Positions 21,684 to 30,334 of a stretch of DNA of 64,000 bases are shown here, in pieces; the first letter of the stretch is position 1, and each line of letters begins with the position of its first letter. The position numbers and the translations under genes were made by a program. The stretch is from Prevotella sp. (GTDB lineage: Bacteria > Bacteroidota > Bacteroidia > Bacteroidales > Bacteroidaceae). Location of the stretch: positions 6,688 to 70,687 of the forward strand of contig JBGUJY010000074.1 of NCBI GenBank assembly GCA_045114185.1, in the 5' to 3' direction. Under the pieces are notes generated by a model. The model searched no databases. It was not told the origin of the DNA and saw only the letters and a list, made by a program, of their open reading frames with translations.

Positions 21684-21745
21684 ACACTTTTCACGAAGAA
21701 ATAAAAAGGAAACGACAGAAAATATTCCTATTTAACATTTGTTTA

Positions 21746-22642
21746 TTACCTCGTCGTAATATGGAAACAACTCTGCTTCACCTCGTACTTAATATAGCAT
21801 CTGCCCTGCTTGCGCATATCGTTCAGTACCTCGGCCAATACCCATTTCAGCGTGTCATTCTGAACCATCCTGCGTTTCTCGCCTGGAGGCTGAACGGTCT
21901 TGTAACGATTGTAGCAGATGTCGAAGGTAGTGCCGTATAGATGACAGCTGTTCTCGGTGGCGTTCCTGTTGTAGTTTCTCAGCTTGGCCACATCTTCTTT
22001 TGTACGGAGAACACTCGTCACGATGAACTGATGCAGGGGAACACCTTTGATTTGCAGACTGTCGTAATAGGCTCTTCCTATATCGTTGAGTAGCACAGCT
22101 GCTCTGGGAACTAGATAAGGAACACTCCTGTGAAGCACATCTACGTGATAGAATGGTGAAGATCCCATATATACCAACTCCTTCTTTCTCGATTCAGCAT
22201 CCTCACGATTGTTTACCGGCTTGACGCCCCATCTTGCGGCTGCACGTTCCTGTACAGGCTGACTGTCAGGGAATGCTTCCAAATAATGCGGTACACTAAG
22301 GATTCTATGCTTAACAATAGAGCCGTCGCTGTTAATGAAGCGGGATATTCCTTTCACGGGTTGCACTTGTGCCACTACCGGCTTCTCTTCCTCAACCTTC
22401 TTTTCCTTCTCCTCTTCTTTTGCTTTTTCCTCCTTTGCTACTTCATTCACTTCTTGCTTCTTTTCTTTTGCCTCTTGCTTCTCGCTTTTCTTTTCTTCTG
22501 CAAGAAGCGAATCCTTCTGCTCAACCCCAGCCAATTCCTTCACAGTTCCCTCCGCAATCTTGGGATGGATGCAGCGCACGAGCGCTAATATGATGACGAC
22601 CGAAGCGAAGCCGGCCAGGTAATTATTCTTTGTTATTTTCAT
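21746..22642 (-). CDS. DUF5715-like membrane-anchored protein, possible M15-type zinc peptidase
   Basis: N-terminal TM, Lys/Glu-rich linker, VTSVLRT...SCHLYGTTFDI...CFHIT. Confidence 0.7.
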   Translation of the reverse strand: MKITKNNYLAGFASVVIILALVRCIHPKIAEGTVKELAGVEQKDSLLAEEKKSEKQEAKEKKQEVNEVAKEEKAKEEEKEKKVEEEKPVVAQVQPVKGISRFINSDGSIVKHRILSVPHYLEAFPDSQPVQERAAARWGVKPVNNREDAESRKKELVYMGSSPFYHVDVLHRSVPYLVPRAAVLLNDIGRAYYDSLQIKGVPLHQFIVTSVLRTKEDVAKLRNYNRNATENSCHLYGTTFDICYNRYKTVQPPGEKRRMVQNDTLKWVLAEVLNDMRKQGRCYIKYEVKQSCFHITTR

Positions 22643-22664
22643 TTGTTCTTAACTTTGTTACAGT

Positions 22665-23360
22665 TCATTTTCTGACGACAATGGCATTGGGATATTTCTT
22701 CAGGTCGAGTTTGAATAAATCGTCGCTGACGCCGATCTTGATCTTACTGAGTTTCATTGTCATCGTTGTTCCCTTGACCTTTGTTGTCATTTCACGGAAG
22801 TAGTATTTGTTCCTGTCAATTTTCATTACCACCTTGCTAGGTGAGTCTTTCTTGATGGGTTTGGAAAGGGTTATCTCGTAATACTGACCATCGACTTTCA
22901 TCTTAGCGGCCTTGTAGTTCTTGTCCATGCCGAAATCAACGGTGTATTCATTCTTCGGTTTTTGGGTAGTTTTAATGATGGTGAGGGTGTCACGCTTAGC
23001 TTTGCCGCCATCATCTTTACGATGTACATATTGCCACTCCTGCTTGCCGTCAAAGCCTGATTCAACCACAAGCTCTTGACCCATCACCTTCGATTCCAGG
23101 AACAGCCTCGTCTTGTTGTTTTTCTCTAACGCCCTGATCTTCATACCTGTGAGTTTCACCATCAAAGTGACATCGATAGTCATTTCAATCTCCGTACCGT
23201 AAGGACTGCTCATTTTCTCCTGACTTTTCTTGAGCACTTCTCTTACTTGTGGATCAATCTGTGCATTACTATTCACTGCCGCTATCATGGCGATTACAAC
23301 AATCAATAGAATCCTCTTCAATACAGATTTTGTTAAATATGTATTCATTGTTATTTTCAT
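22665..23360 (-). CDS. Secreted LolA-like fold protein; start probably 23360
   Basis: Signal peptide; GFDGKQEW and C-terminal DDLFKLDLKKYPNA; the promoter TACCTTTG at 23394-23401 lies inside the longer ORF call. Confidence 0.55.
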   Translation of the reverse strand: MKITMNTYLTKSVLKRILLIVVIAMIAAVNSNAQIDPQVREVLKKSQEKMSSPYGTEIEMTIDVTLMVKLTGMKIRALEKNNKTRLFLESKVMGQELVVESGFDGKQEWQYVHRKDDGGKAKRDTLTIIKTTQKPKNEYTVDFGMDKNYKAAKMKVDGQYYEITLSKPIKKDSPSKVVMKIDRNKYYFREMTTKVKGTTMTMKLSKIKIGVSDDLFKLDLKKYPNAIVVRK

Positions 23361-23491
23361 TTTCCCCAAGATCTTCAATTTTAGATTTCTCTGCAAAGGT
23401 ACAACATTTTGATGCAATAACCAAATCTCGACCTCTGTGGCTCGTGAAAATCTGTTAAGAAACCTACTCTACTCTGTTAAAAAACACTGAA

Positions 23492-23535
23492 TGCCATACT
23501 TTCTCCTAGTAAGTGCCATACTTTCTTTTAGTAAG
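23492..23535. repeat. 22-bp tandem direct repeat (x2)
   Basis: tgccatactttctcctagtaag / tgccatactttcttttagtaag, 20 of 22 identical. Confidence 0.85.
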
Positions 23536-23583
23536 TGACGTTCTCACTCCCCGCGATCAACGTTCTTTATTGCGGACGATCGA

Positions 23584-23885
23584 ACGAACGAACAGTTGAA
23601 CAGTTTTTGAAAATACGTTTTGCCACAATGCCACTTTGCCACTTTGCCACATTAAGGTGTTTTTGATGTACACAAACTAATAAGTTATATTAATATATAA
23701 TAATTATTATATATTAATATAAAATTATAAGGTTTATAATATATCTATTTATTACCACTTATTCTTACACTTTTTGCCTCCATTTTATTGAAATGTGCTT
23801 AATGTGGCAAAGTGGCAATGTGGCAAAGTGGCATTTTTCTATGAGAATAAATAACGAGCAGAAAACTGTTCAACTGTTCGTTCGT
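23584..23885. repeat. Nested inverted-repeat element with AT-only palindromic core
   Basis: Perfect 24-bp IR (23584-23607 / 23862-23885); inner IR of four TGCCACnn octamers plus TAAG (23621-23656 / 23798-23833); perfect 38-bp A/T palindrome at 23685-23722. Confidence 0.92.
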
Positions 23886-23930
23886 CTGTTCGCCATCCTT
23901 TATTCGATAATATGGAAAAATATATCTAAC

Positions 23931-23967
23931 TTGTACCACGTTCTGAAACAACCTACTATTATCTTTG
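23931..23967 (+). promoter_or_regulatory. Island promoter with a putative operator palindrome
   Basis: TTGTACCA-cgttc-TGAAACAA (23931-23951) immediately upstream of the -7 element TATCTTTG (23960-23967). Confidence 0.55.
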
Positions 23968-24004
23968 CATCGTGAACTGATTGTTAAACAAAAAGTATTG
24001 AACG

Positions 24005-24346
24005 ATGGAAACAAAGAAGAAGTATTTCATGGATTGCCACCTCGCTGGTAGAATGTATCACGATGCAGACGAGGTGTGGAACGAACTCAAAGTTGGAACT
24101 AGGCTCTCTCTTGTAAGAGATACAGAGAATCGTTATGATGGTGATGCAGTAGCTGTTGCCTATACTGACGAGCAGAATAATGAACCTATTTGCATAGGCT
24201 ATATACCTCGAGACGAGAATCAACCCCTCGCCGCCTTCCTGGATATGGGCTACAACGATATCTTCGAATGTCGCATCAACCGCATCATCCCAGATGCTCA
24301 CCCGGAACAGCAAGTTCATATCACTATTTGGATCAAACGTAAGTAG
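24005..24346 (+). CDS. HIRAN domain protein
   Basis: HLAGRMYH, LKVGTRLSLVRDTENRYDGDAVAV, IGYIPR match the HIRAN pattern. Confidence 0.88.
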   Translation: METKKKYFMDCHLAGRMYHDADEVWNELKVGTRLSLVRDTENRYDGDAVAVAYTDEQNNEPICIGYIPRDENQPLAAFLDMGYNDIFECRINRIIPDAHPEQQVHITIWIKRK

Positions 24347-24358
24347 AACTAAAAATCA

Positions 24359-24574
24359 ATGGTTATGGCACAGATATATACAATCAAATGTCCCAAATGT
24401 GGGAATGTGTTCAGAGTTGACAAAGGAGTCCTTATGAGTTGGGATTTTTCAAAACCCATTCCCCTTTCTCTCCAAGAAGAAACTCCCTTCAATTGTCCAT
24501 CTTGTAATCACACCATGAGTCTTCAAGATGAACACATCAATGACCATGTGTTGCAGGTAGTAGATGCCGATTGA
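24359..24574 (+). CDS. Small zinc-ribbon protein
   Basis: CPKC...CPSC; tightly packed in the operon. Confidence 0.7.
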   Translation: MVMAQIYTIKCPKCGNVFRVDKGVLMSWDFSKPIPLSLQEETPFNCPSCNHTMSLQDEHINDHVLQVVDAD

Positions 24575-24596
24575 AAACAATAGAACAGTCTGAATA

Positions 24597-24908
24597 ATGA
24601 AAGAAATTGACGAACTGAACTACACTAAACTGCGCGAGATGATTGCTCGTTGTCAGTGGACATTTGCCAAGACAATGCCCTGGTGTCCGCATGAGTATGT
24701 AGTCCGTGGTAGGTGTCCCCTGACTGATGAAGAGTTCGTGTACTTCGTAACTATGCAGCGTAATCATGGAGTAGAACTGCGCTGGGGAAAGTATCTTCTC
24801 CCCTATCTCATCATCGACGATTACAAGTACTGGACGATGGGTGCTCCCATGGAAGACACGATTGTGTTGAATAGGGCTAAGGTGAAAGATGATAAAGAAT
24901 TATCATGA
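24597..24908 (+). CDS. Conserved hypothetical protein (WTFAKTM-PHEY / YKYWTMG)
   Basis: Aromatic-rich motifs that look conserved; operonic position. Confidence 0.7.
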   Translation: MKEIDELNYTKLREMIARCQWTFAKTMPWCPHEYVVRGRCPLTDEEFVYFVTMQRNHGVELRWGKYLLPYLIIDDYKYWTMGAPMEDTIVLNRAKVKDDKELS

Positions 24909-25105
24909 ACGATGATTTTACTGCTAATATGCATGCTGATATGTTAGGATGGTCTCAAGAAGATACCGTCCTAATATGTGTTTATGTGGCCATACGAAAA
25001 GGTATCCCTAAATATGAGGCATGTCAAAAATACGGAATCTCTGAAGATTATTATGATGAAAAAATAGAACAAGCAAAAGAACGCTGTTTAAATTTGCATA
25101 AGTGA
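24905..25105 (+). CDS. Small protein with possible HTH
   Basis: ATGA overlap with the previous gene; IRKGIPKYEACQKYGIS is HTH-like. Confidence 0.55.
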   Translation: MNDDFTANMHADMLGWSQEDTVLICVYVAIRKGIPKYEACQKYGISEDYYDEKIEQAKERCLNLHK

Positions 25106-25124
25106 AAATTATTCGCTAACTTTG
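25093..25124 (+). promoter_or_regulatory. Internal promoter for the DUF262 genes
   Basis: TTTG (25093-25096), 20-nt spacer, TAACTTTG (25117-25124). Confidence 0.7.
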
Positions 25125-25159
25125 TAGCATCATTTCGTTTAACTAAAAACAGGAGAACA

Positions 25160-26875
25160 ATGATTGACGACAACATTCAATTAGGAGAAATATTGGTTGG
25201 GAAGATACAAGGTGAATTCTATGTTCCTTCGTTTCAACGTGGTTATCGATGGGATGAGTCACAAGTGATGGCATTGCTCAACGATGTATACAAAAACGGC
25301 GATAATCCTTATTGTCTTCAACCTATTGTCGTGAGGAAGGATAATGATGGTAGATATGAACTCATTGATGGACAACAAAGATTGACAACACTATATATTA
25401 TCTACAAATTCATGACGAATAGGTGGCCAGATTATATAGAAGACGTCAATTACACACTCTGCTATGAAACGAGAAAGGAAATCGAGTTTTTCTTCAATAA
25501 CATAGAAGATGAAACGATTGCCAATTCAAACATTGATTTTCATTTCATACATCAGGCATACAAGACTGTTGAGAAATGGTTTTCTATAGATAGAGAGAAA
25601 AAACCTCTACATGTTGCTGGCAAAATATCAGAACACTTTGATAACAATGTAAAGGTTATTTGGTATGAGTTGGATTCTGGTTCCGAGGCAGATGCTATTT
25701 CACTATTCACTCGTTTGAATATTGGTCGCATACCATTGACGAATGCTGAACTCGTAAAGGCTCTCTTTTTAAGAAAAAACGAAAAGCTAGATATTAAATT
25801 AGAAGAGAAGAGACAACTTGAGATATCTCTGCAATGGGATACTATAGAGCGAGAATTACATGATTCTGATTTTTGGTATTTCCTAACAAAGAAAAAGGAA
25901 GAAAGCTTCGCTACCTGGATAGAACTTCTTTTTGACTTTATATCGGGCAAGAAGGATGATGAAAGAGAACAGTTTTACACTTTCTATTGGTTCAATAAAC
26001 GTAAAGAAGAGATAGGTATCAAACAACTATGGGATGATATTCTTAGTTACTATTACCGTCTGAAAGAATGGTATAAGAAATACGAATGGTATCATAAGAT
26101 TGGTTATCTTGTTGCATCTGGAACACTTACTATCGACAGGATGATGGACGAAACCAAGAACCTAAAAAAAACGCAGATGGATAGTCTTCTTGACGAATGG
26201 ATACGACAGAGTATTGACTGCAAGAAGCCTTATGCAGAGTTGAATTACATTTCCGATGGTGATACAATAACCAACATCTTGCTTCTTTTTAATGTTATAT
26301 CCCTTATGAAGAATGGATCTGGATCAAGATTCCCATTTAAGGAATTCAATAATGAATCATGGAGTTTAGAACATATTCATGCTCAACATTCGCTGAAACT
26401 TAATACGCAAGAGAAATGGAAGGAGTGGCTACAACTGCATCTTGATTCGGTGAAAGGAATGGATAATACGAATGAACTCACAGAAGAAATACAGAAGGCA
26501 TTAGATAATGAACGATTAACCGATGTGGAGTTTGACAAGTTGTCTGACAGAATTACAACATTGTTCTCTGAACAAGGTGATACAGAGTATGTGCATTCTC
26601 TATCAAATATGGCCTTGCTACAATGTTCTAAGAACTCTGCGTTAAGTAATGCGCTATTTGATGCTAAATGTAGGAAGATTAGAGAGATGGATGCTCAAGG
26701 GCAATACATTCCCTATTGTACAAGGATGGTATTCATGAAATATTATTCTTCAGAAAAGCAAACCAGCATAAGTCTTCATTTTTGGGGAAAGAAAGACAGG
26801 GTGGCTTATATCGATAAAATGAATGAGATTTTGGTAGATTATTTAAAAGAACCGATGAGCAATGGTAGTAAGTAA
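25160..26875 (+). CDS. DUF262 + DUF1524/HNH GmrSD-like modification-dependent nuclease
   Basis: VPSFQRGYRW, LIDGQQRLTT, FTRLNIGRIPLT; C-terminal WSLEHIHAQ...HSLSNMALL...NSALSN. Confidence 0.88.
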   Translation: MIDDNIQLGEILVGKIQGEFYVPSFQRGYRWDESQVMALLNDVYKNGDNPYCLQPIVVRKDNDGRYELIDGQQRLTTLYIIYKFMTNRWPDYIEDVNYTLCYETRKEIEFFFNNIEDETIANSNIDFHFIHQAYKTVEKWFSIDREKKPLHVAGKISEHFDNNVKVIWYELDSGSEADAISLFTRLNIGRIPLTNAELVKALFLRKNEKLDIKLEEKRQLEISLQWDTIERELHDSDFWYFLTKKKEESFATWIELLFDFISGKKDDEREQFYTFYWFNKRKEEIGIKQLWDDILSYYYRLKEWYKKYEWYHKIGYLVASGTLTIDRMMDETKNLKKTQMDSLLDEWIRQSIDCKKPYAELNYISDGDTITNILLLFNVISLMKNGSGSRFPFKEFNNESWSLEHIHAQHSLKLNTQEKWKEWLQLHLDSVKGMDNTNELTEEIQKALDNERLTDVEFDKLSDRITTLFSEQGDTEYVHSLSNMALLQCSKNSALSNALFDAKCRKIREMDAQGQYIPYCTRMVFMKYYSSEKQTSISLHFWGKKDRVAYIDKMNEILVDYLKEPMSNGSK

Positions 26876-29195
26876 GGCAATTAATTTCCGAAGCATTTTT
26901 TGTTGGAAGGAAAACGATATAGAAGTGAAAGGTATTACCATACCTATCATTCAGCGTGACTATGCACAGGGACGTACAACACCTGAAGTGAACAGAATTC
27001 GATCGCGATTTCTTCATGTTCTATACGATGCACTTGTGAATGGAAAGCATACGACATTAGACTTCATTTATGGTATAATAGATAATAATTATCAGCTTAT
27101 CCCATTGGATGGACAGCAGAGACTAACCACATTATTTCTGCTCCATTATTACATTGCTCAACATGAAAATTTGAATGAAGAAGATTTCTCTTTTCTGAAG
27201 AACTTTACTTATGAAACTCGTGTGAGTAGCCGGGAATTTTGTGAGCATTTGGTTCAATTCATCCCAGACTTCAGCAAAGAAACGCTTTCTGTGCAGATAC
27301 AGGATGAGGCTTGGTTTCTTTTGGAATGGGAAAGCGACCCTACTGTGAAGTCTATGCTTGTCATGCTTGACGCTATCCATACCCTATTCAGAAAGACTGA
27401 AGATATATGGAATAATCTATTGGGCGATGCTATTACTTTTTATTTTCTTCCATTAGATAAAATGGGTATTACAGATGAACTCTATATCAAGATGAATTCT
27501 CGCGGGAAACCTCTTACGCGCTTTAAGCACTTTAAGGCTGAACTGGAATTGCAGATGAAGATCATAGACAAAGAGGTTGCAAAACGTATCATCAGTAAGA
27601 TGGATAGAGAATGGTCCGACTTGTTATGGCCATACAGGAACAGTGAAACAGGTAATCTTCAGGCAGATACTGTTACTGATGATGAATTTCTACGATATAT
27701 ACATTTCGTTAGTGATTTGATCAGCTATCAGAACAATGAAGCTGAAATTGATGACGAGTTTGATATTATAGAAAAACAGTTCTCAAAGACAAATCCTCTG
27801 GCCTTAATGAATATAAAGAGACTAGAGAGCATGTTTGACATTTGGACGCGGATTCCAAACATTGATGCATATTTCAATAGCTATTTCTCTGTTGGCAAAT
27901 ACCAACCAAGTAAAACGAAAATAGACAAGCAACCCAATCTCTTCCTGGATTGTTGTGCTCATTATGGAATAATTGTTGGTAAACGCCCCCAGTTCCCCTT
28001 AGGTAGGTTTATCCTATTGTATTGCTTCATTTTAAAGTTGGAACATCAAGAGTTATCAGATGAAGATTTCCGTCGTAGACTTCGTATCGTAAACAATTTG
28101 GTAAACAATTCTGTCAACACACTTCGTTCTGACTATATGAAAGAACTTCTAACCCAAGTTGATAAGATTATACTTATGGGTATTGTAGAACAAGTGGACG
28201 AAGGAAGGGCAAGATTCCAATCTAAGCAGATGGATGAGGAACGTCAAAAACTGCAGTGGAGTAATGAGAATCCCATAATGGCCGAGAAATTGTTCCGTCT
28301 TGAAGATCACCCCTATCTAAATGGTTACATTAAAGCAGTTGGCTTGGAACATGTAGATTGGTGTGATCGTTTCTATAGCTTGTTTAACTGTAATCTACAT
28401 ATTGTAAACAAGGCTCTGCTTGCCATTGGTGATTATTTCGAAAAAGATGCTTGGCGCTATCAAATTGGCATTGGGGATTTTTATGTGAACAAGAATGTGA
28501 AGGAACGTATGTGGCAAGAGCTATTTAGTCCAGTCCGTCTTGAGGATAACTTTTGTGCGGTTTTACAGCAACTTTTGTCACAAAAGGATGAATTTGACGA
28601 TGAGTATCTTAATAACTTTGTTACATCATATATTCAAGAGGCTGACATTTATCCGTTACGTTACTACATTATTAAATATGATGCGATGCGTACTAATAAG
28701 GACGGCCGATTCAACAACTATGGTAAATATTTCTGGCGGCATCATAATATTTGGCAAAAGAGAGACGATGCTCACCAACAGCTCATGAGGTCGAAGGATT
28801 ATAATGTCATTTTGATGACAACAGAATGGAGCACAAACGGCTATAACCACGATGTTTTCTTGAAGACCCTCTATGAATTAATGGGAGCAGAGAATGTAGG
28901 GTTAGAATTAAACAACTATTCGTACAGTACATATAATGATAAGGAAGATGGTAATAAAGGCCTTGATAAACTATGCATTTCAAAACATATTCTAAAAACA
29001 ACAGAAGGCCCTCTATATCTATCACTAGCAGACAATGTTTATACAATATGGGATGGAAATGGCGATATTGTCGAAACATATCCTATCAATCAGAACGAAG
29101 ATGGTATAGATACAGAAGATAGAGTGAAAGTTGGTTTGGAGTTGCTTGGAAAGTATATTTCAATTGCAGAGGATGAAACAAATACACACAATTGA
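26862..29195 (+). CDS. Second DUF262 protein with no evident HNH motif
   Basis: IPIIQRDYAQGR, PLDGQQRLTTLFLL, YIKMNSRGKPLT; 14-bp overlap with the previous gene. Confidence 0.85.
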   Translation: MVVSKAINFRSIFCWKENDIEVKGITIPIIQRDYAQGRTTPEVNRIRSRFLHVLYDALVNGKHTTLDFIYGIIDNNYQLIPLDGQQRLTTLFLLHYYIAQHENLNEEDFSFLKNFTYETRVSSREFCEHLVQFIPDFSKETLSVQIQDEAWFLLEWESDPTVKSMLVMLDAIHTLFRKTEDIWNNLLGDAITFYFLPLDKMGITDELYIKMNSRGKPLTRFKHFKAELELQMKIIDKEVAKRIISKMDREWSDLLWPYRNSETGNLQADTVTDDEFLRYIHFVSDLISYQNNEAEIDDEFDIIEKQFSKTNPLALMNIKRLESMFDIWTRIPNIDAYFNSYFSVGKYQPSKTKIDKQPNLFLDCCAHYGIIVGKRPQFPLGRFILLYCFILKLEHQELSDEDFRRRLRIVNNLVNNSVNTLRSDYMKELLTQVDKIILMGIVEQVDEGRARFQSKQMDEERQKLQWSNENPIMAEKLFRLEDHPYLNGYIKAVGLEHVDWCDRFYSLFNCNLHIVNKALLAIGDYFEKDAWRYQIGIGDFYVNKNVKERMWQELFSPVRLEDNFCAVLQQLLSQKDEFDDEYLNNFVTSYIQEADIYPLRYYIIKYDAMRTNKDGRFNNYGKYFWRHHNIWQKRDDAHQQLMRSKDYNVILMTTEWSTNGYNHDVFLKTLYELMGAENVGLELNNYSYSTYNDKEDGNKGLDKLCISKHILKTTEGPLYLSLADNVYTIWDGNGDIVETYPINQNEDGIDTEDRVKVGLELLGKYISIAEDETNTHN

Positions 29196-30318
29196 CATCA
29201 ATTCATTTACCGAGAAGTACATTAACTACTTCCAGAATGAGTTTGACCCTAATACGGAAGCGTATTATGAGTTTTTCGATTCCATGGATTTCCCCAATGA
29301 TTGTAGAACCTTGGGATTTGTAATGGATTGTGGTGATTGTTTCGCAACTATCTATGGTGTTGATGCATGGAATACATTAGATGGCCTGAAATCTGTCATT
29401 GATAGAATTTATAAACCTGAAATAATTGGAGCTGCCTTGTATTCAAAATGGAGATATTTCAACCACTGGTCAGAATTTCATGCTACAGAAACTGATAAAG
29501 AGTGGTTTCTGGCACTTTTGTACCGCTTGAAAGATTTAGTCGGTCGTCAAGAATACTATTTCCCTTTTGGAGAAGTTGTACACAAAGTTGTACAGCAGGA
29601 TCGAACACCTAAAAAAGTATTCGTATTAGGTGTGTATGCTAGTGCGGTTCATGCAACATGGTCTGGTGGTGAAGTACCAAGGAAAGTTACTCTCGCTGTG
29701 GCTAGTGAGCCTCGTATTTTCTGGGATGGCAATGAAGAAGAGGCGAGAGAGATTATCAGCAGAATACAGATTCCCAAAGAACTTGGTACGTTGGAACCAG
29801 CAGATACAAAATACAATGGCCCATCTGCAAAAATTCTTGATGAGCATATATTGGCTCCATTAGGTTATTCTAGAAAAGATGCATGGCTCTGTGATCTGTT
29901 GCCGGAAACCCGATTGAACGACAATCAGATTAATGCATTAAAGGATACTTACGAGATAGTTCGAGAGAAATATGGATTGAATGAAGTCACCATTCCAGAG
30001 TGTCCCAATCAATACTGTAATAGTGAGCGTTCTAAGGAGATTTTGGCGGAAATAAAAGAATCTCAAGCAGACCTTTTAATACTGCTTGGCGATGTTCCTA
30101 TTAAGCAGTTTCTAAAGAAAATTGCAAAGGTCCCCTACTCTTCCCTCAACCAATATGTCAAATTGTATGGCTATGGTAATGCTACTGATGTATCTCTCGA
30201 CAATTACAATATCAAGGTATTGCCTTTTGCACACCCTCGCCAAGTAGGAGCATTAGGAACCTATAAGAAGTATTGGTTTAATAAACACCAAGAATGGGAA
30301 AAATCACTAGAAACTTAG
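29173..30318 (+). CDS. Two-domain protein with C-terminal uracil-DNA-glycosylase-superfamily domain; start 29173
   Basis: VFVLG, NGPSAKILDEHILAPLGYSRKDAWLCD, EIKESQADLLILLG and LPFAHPRQ parallel UDG family-4-like motifs; unknown ~125-aa N-terminal domain. Confidence 0.65.
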   Translation: MKQIHTIDINSFTEKYINYFQNEFDPNTEAYYEFFDSMDFPNDCRTLGFVMDCGDCFATIYGVDAWNTLDGLKSVIDRIYKPEIIGAALYSKWRYFNHWSEFHATETDKEWFLALLYRLKDLVGRQEYYFPFGEVVHKVVQQDRTPKKVFVLGVYASAVHATWSGGEVPRKVTLAVASEPRIFWDGNEEEAREIISRIQIPKELGTLEPADTKYNGPSAKILDEHILAPLGYSRKDAWLCDLLPETRLNDNQINALKDTYEIVREKYGLNEVTIPECPNQYCNSERSKEILAEIKESQADLLILLGDVPIKQFLKKIAKVPYSSLNQYVKLYGYGNATDVSLDNYNIKVLPFAHPRQVGALGTYKKYWFNKHQEWEKSLET

Positions 30319-30334
30319 TATAACCCCTCACATC

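Noticed and set aside
22286..22622. Phe/Leu/Ser-rich plus-strand ORFs
   Set aside because: Antisense reading of the Lys/Glu-rich linker of the DUF5715-like gene
23492..23892. Possible CRISPR array
   Set aside because: The repeats are tandem or inverted with no unique spacers, and there are no cas genes
23793..24014. 60-71 aa ORFs across the palindromic element
   Set aside because: They translate repeat and promoter DNA and show no protein-like features
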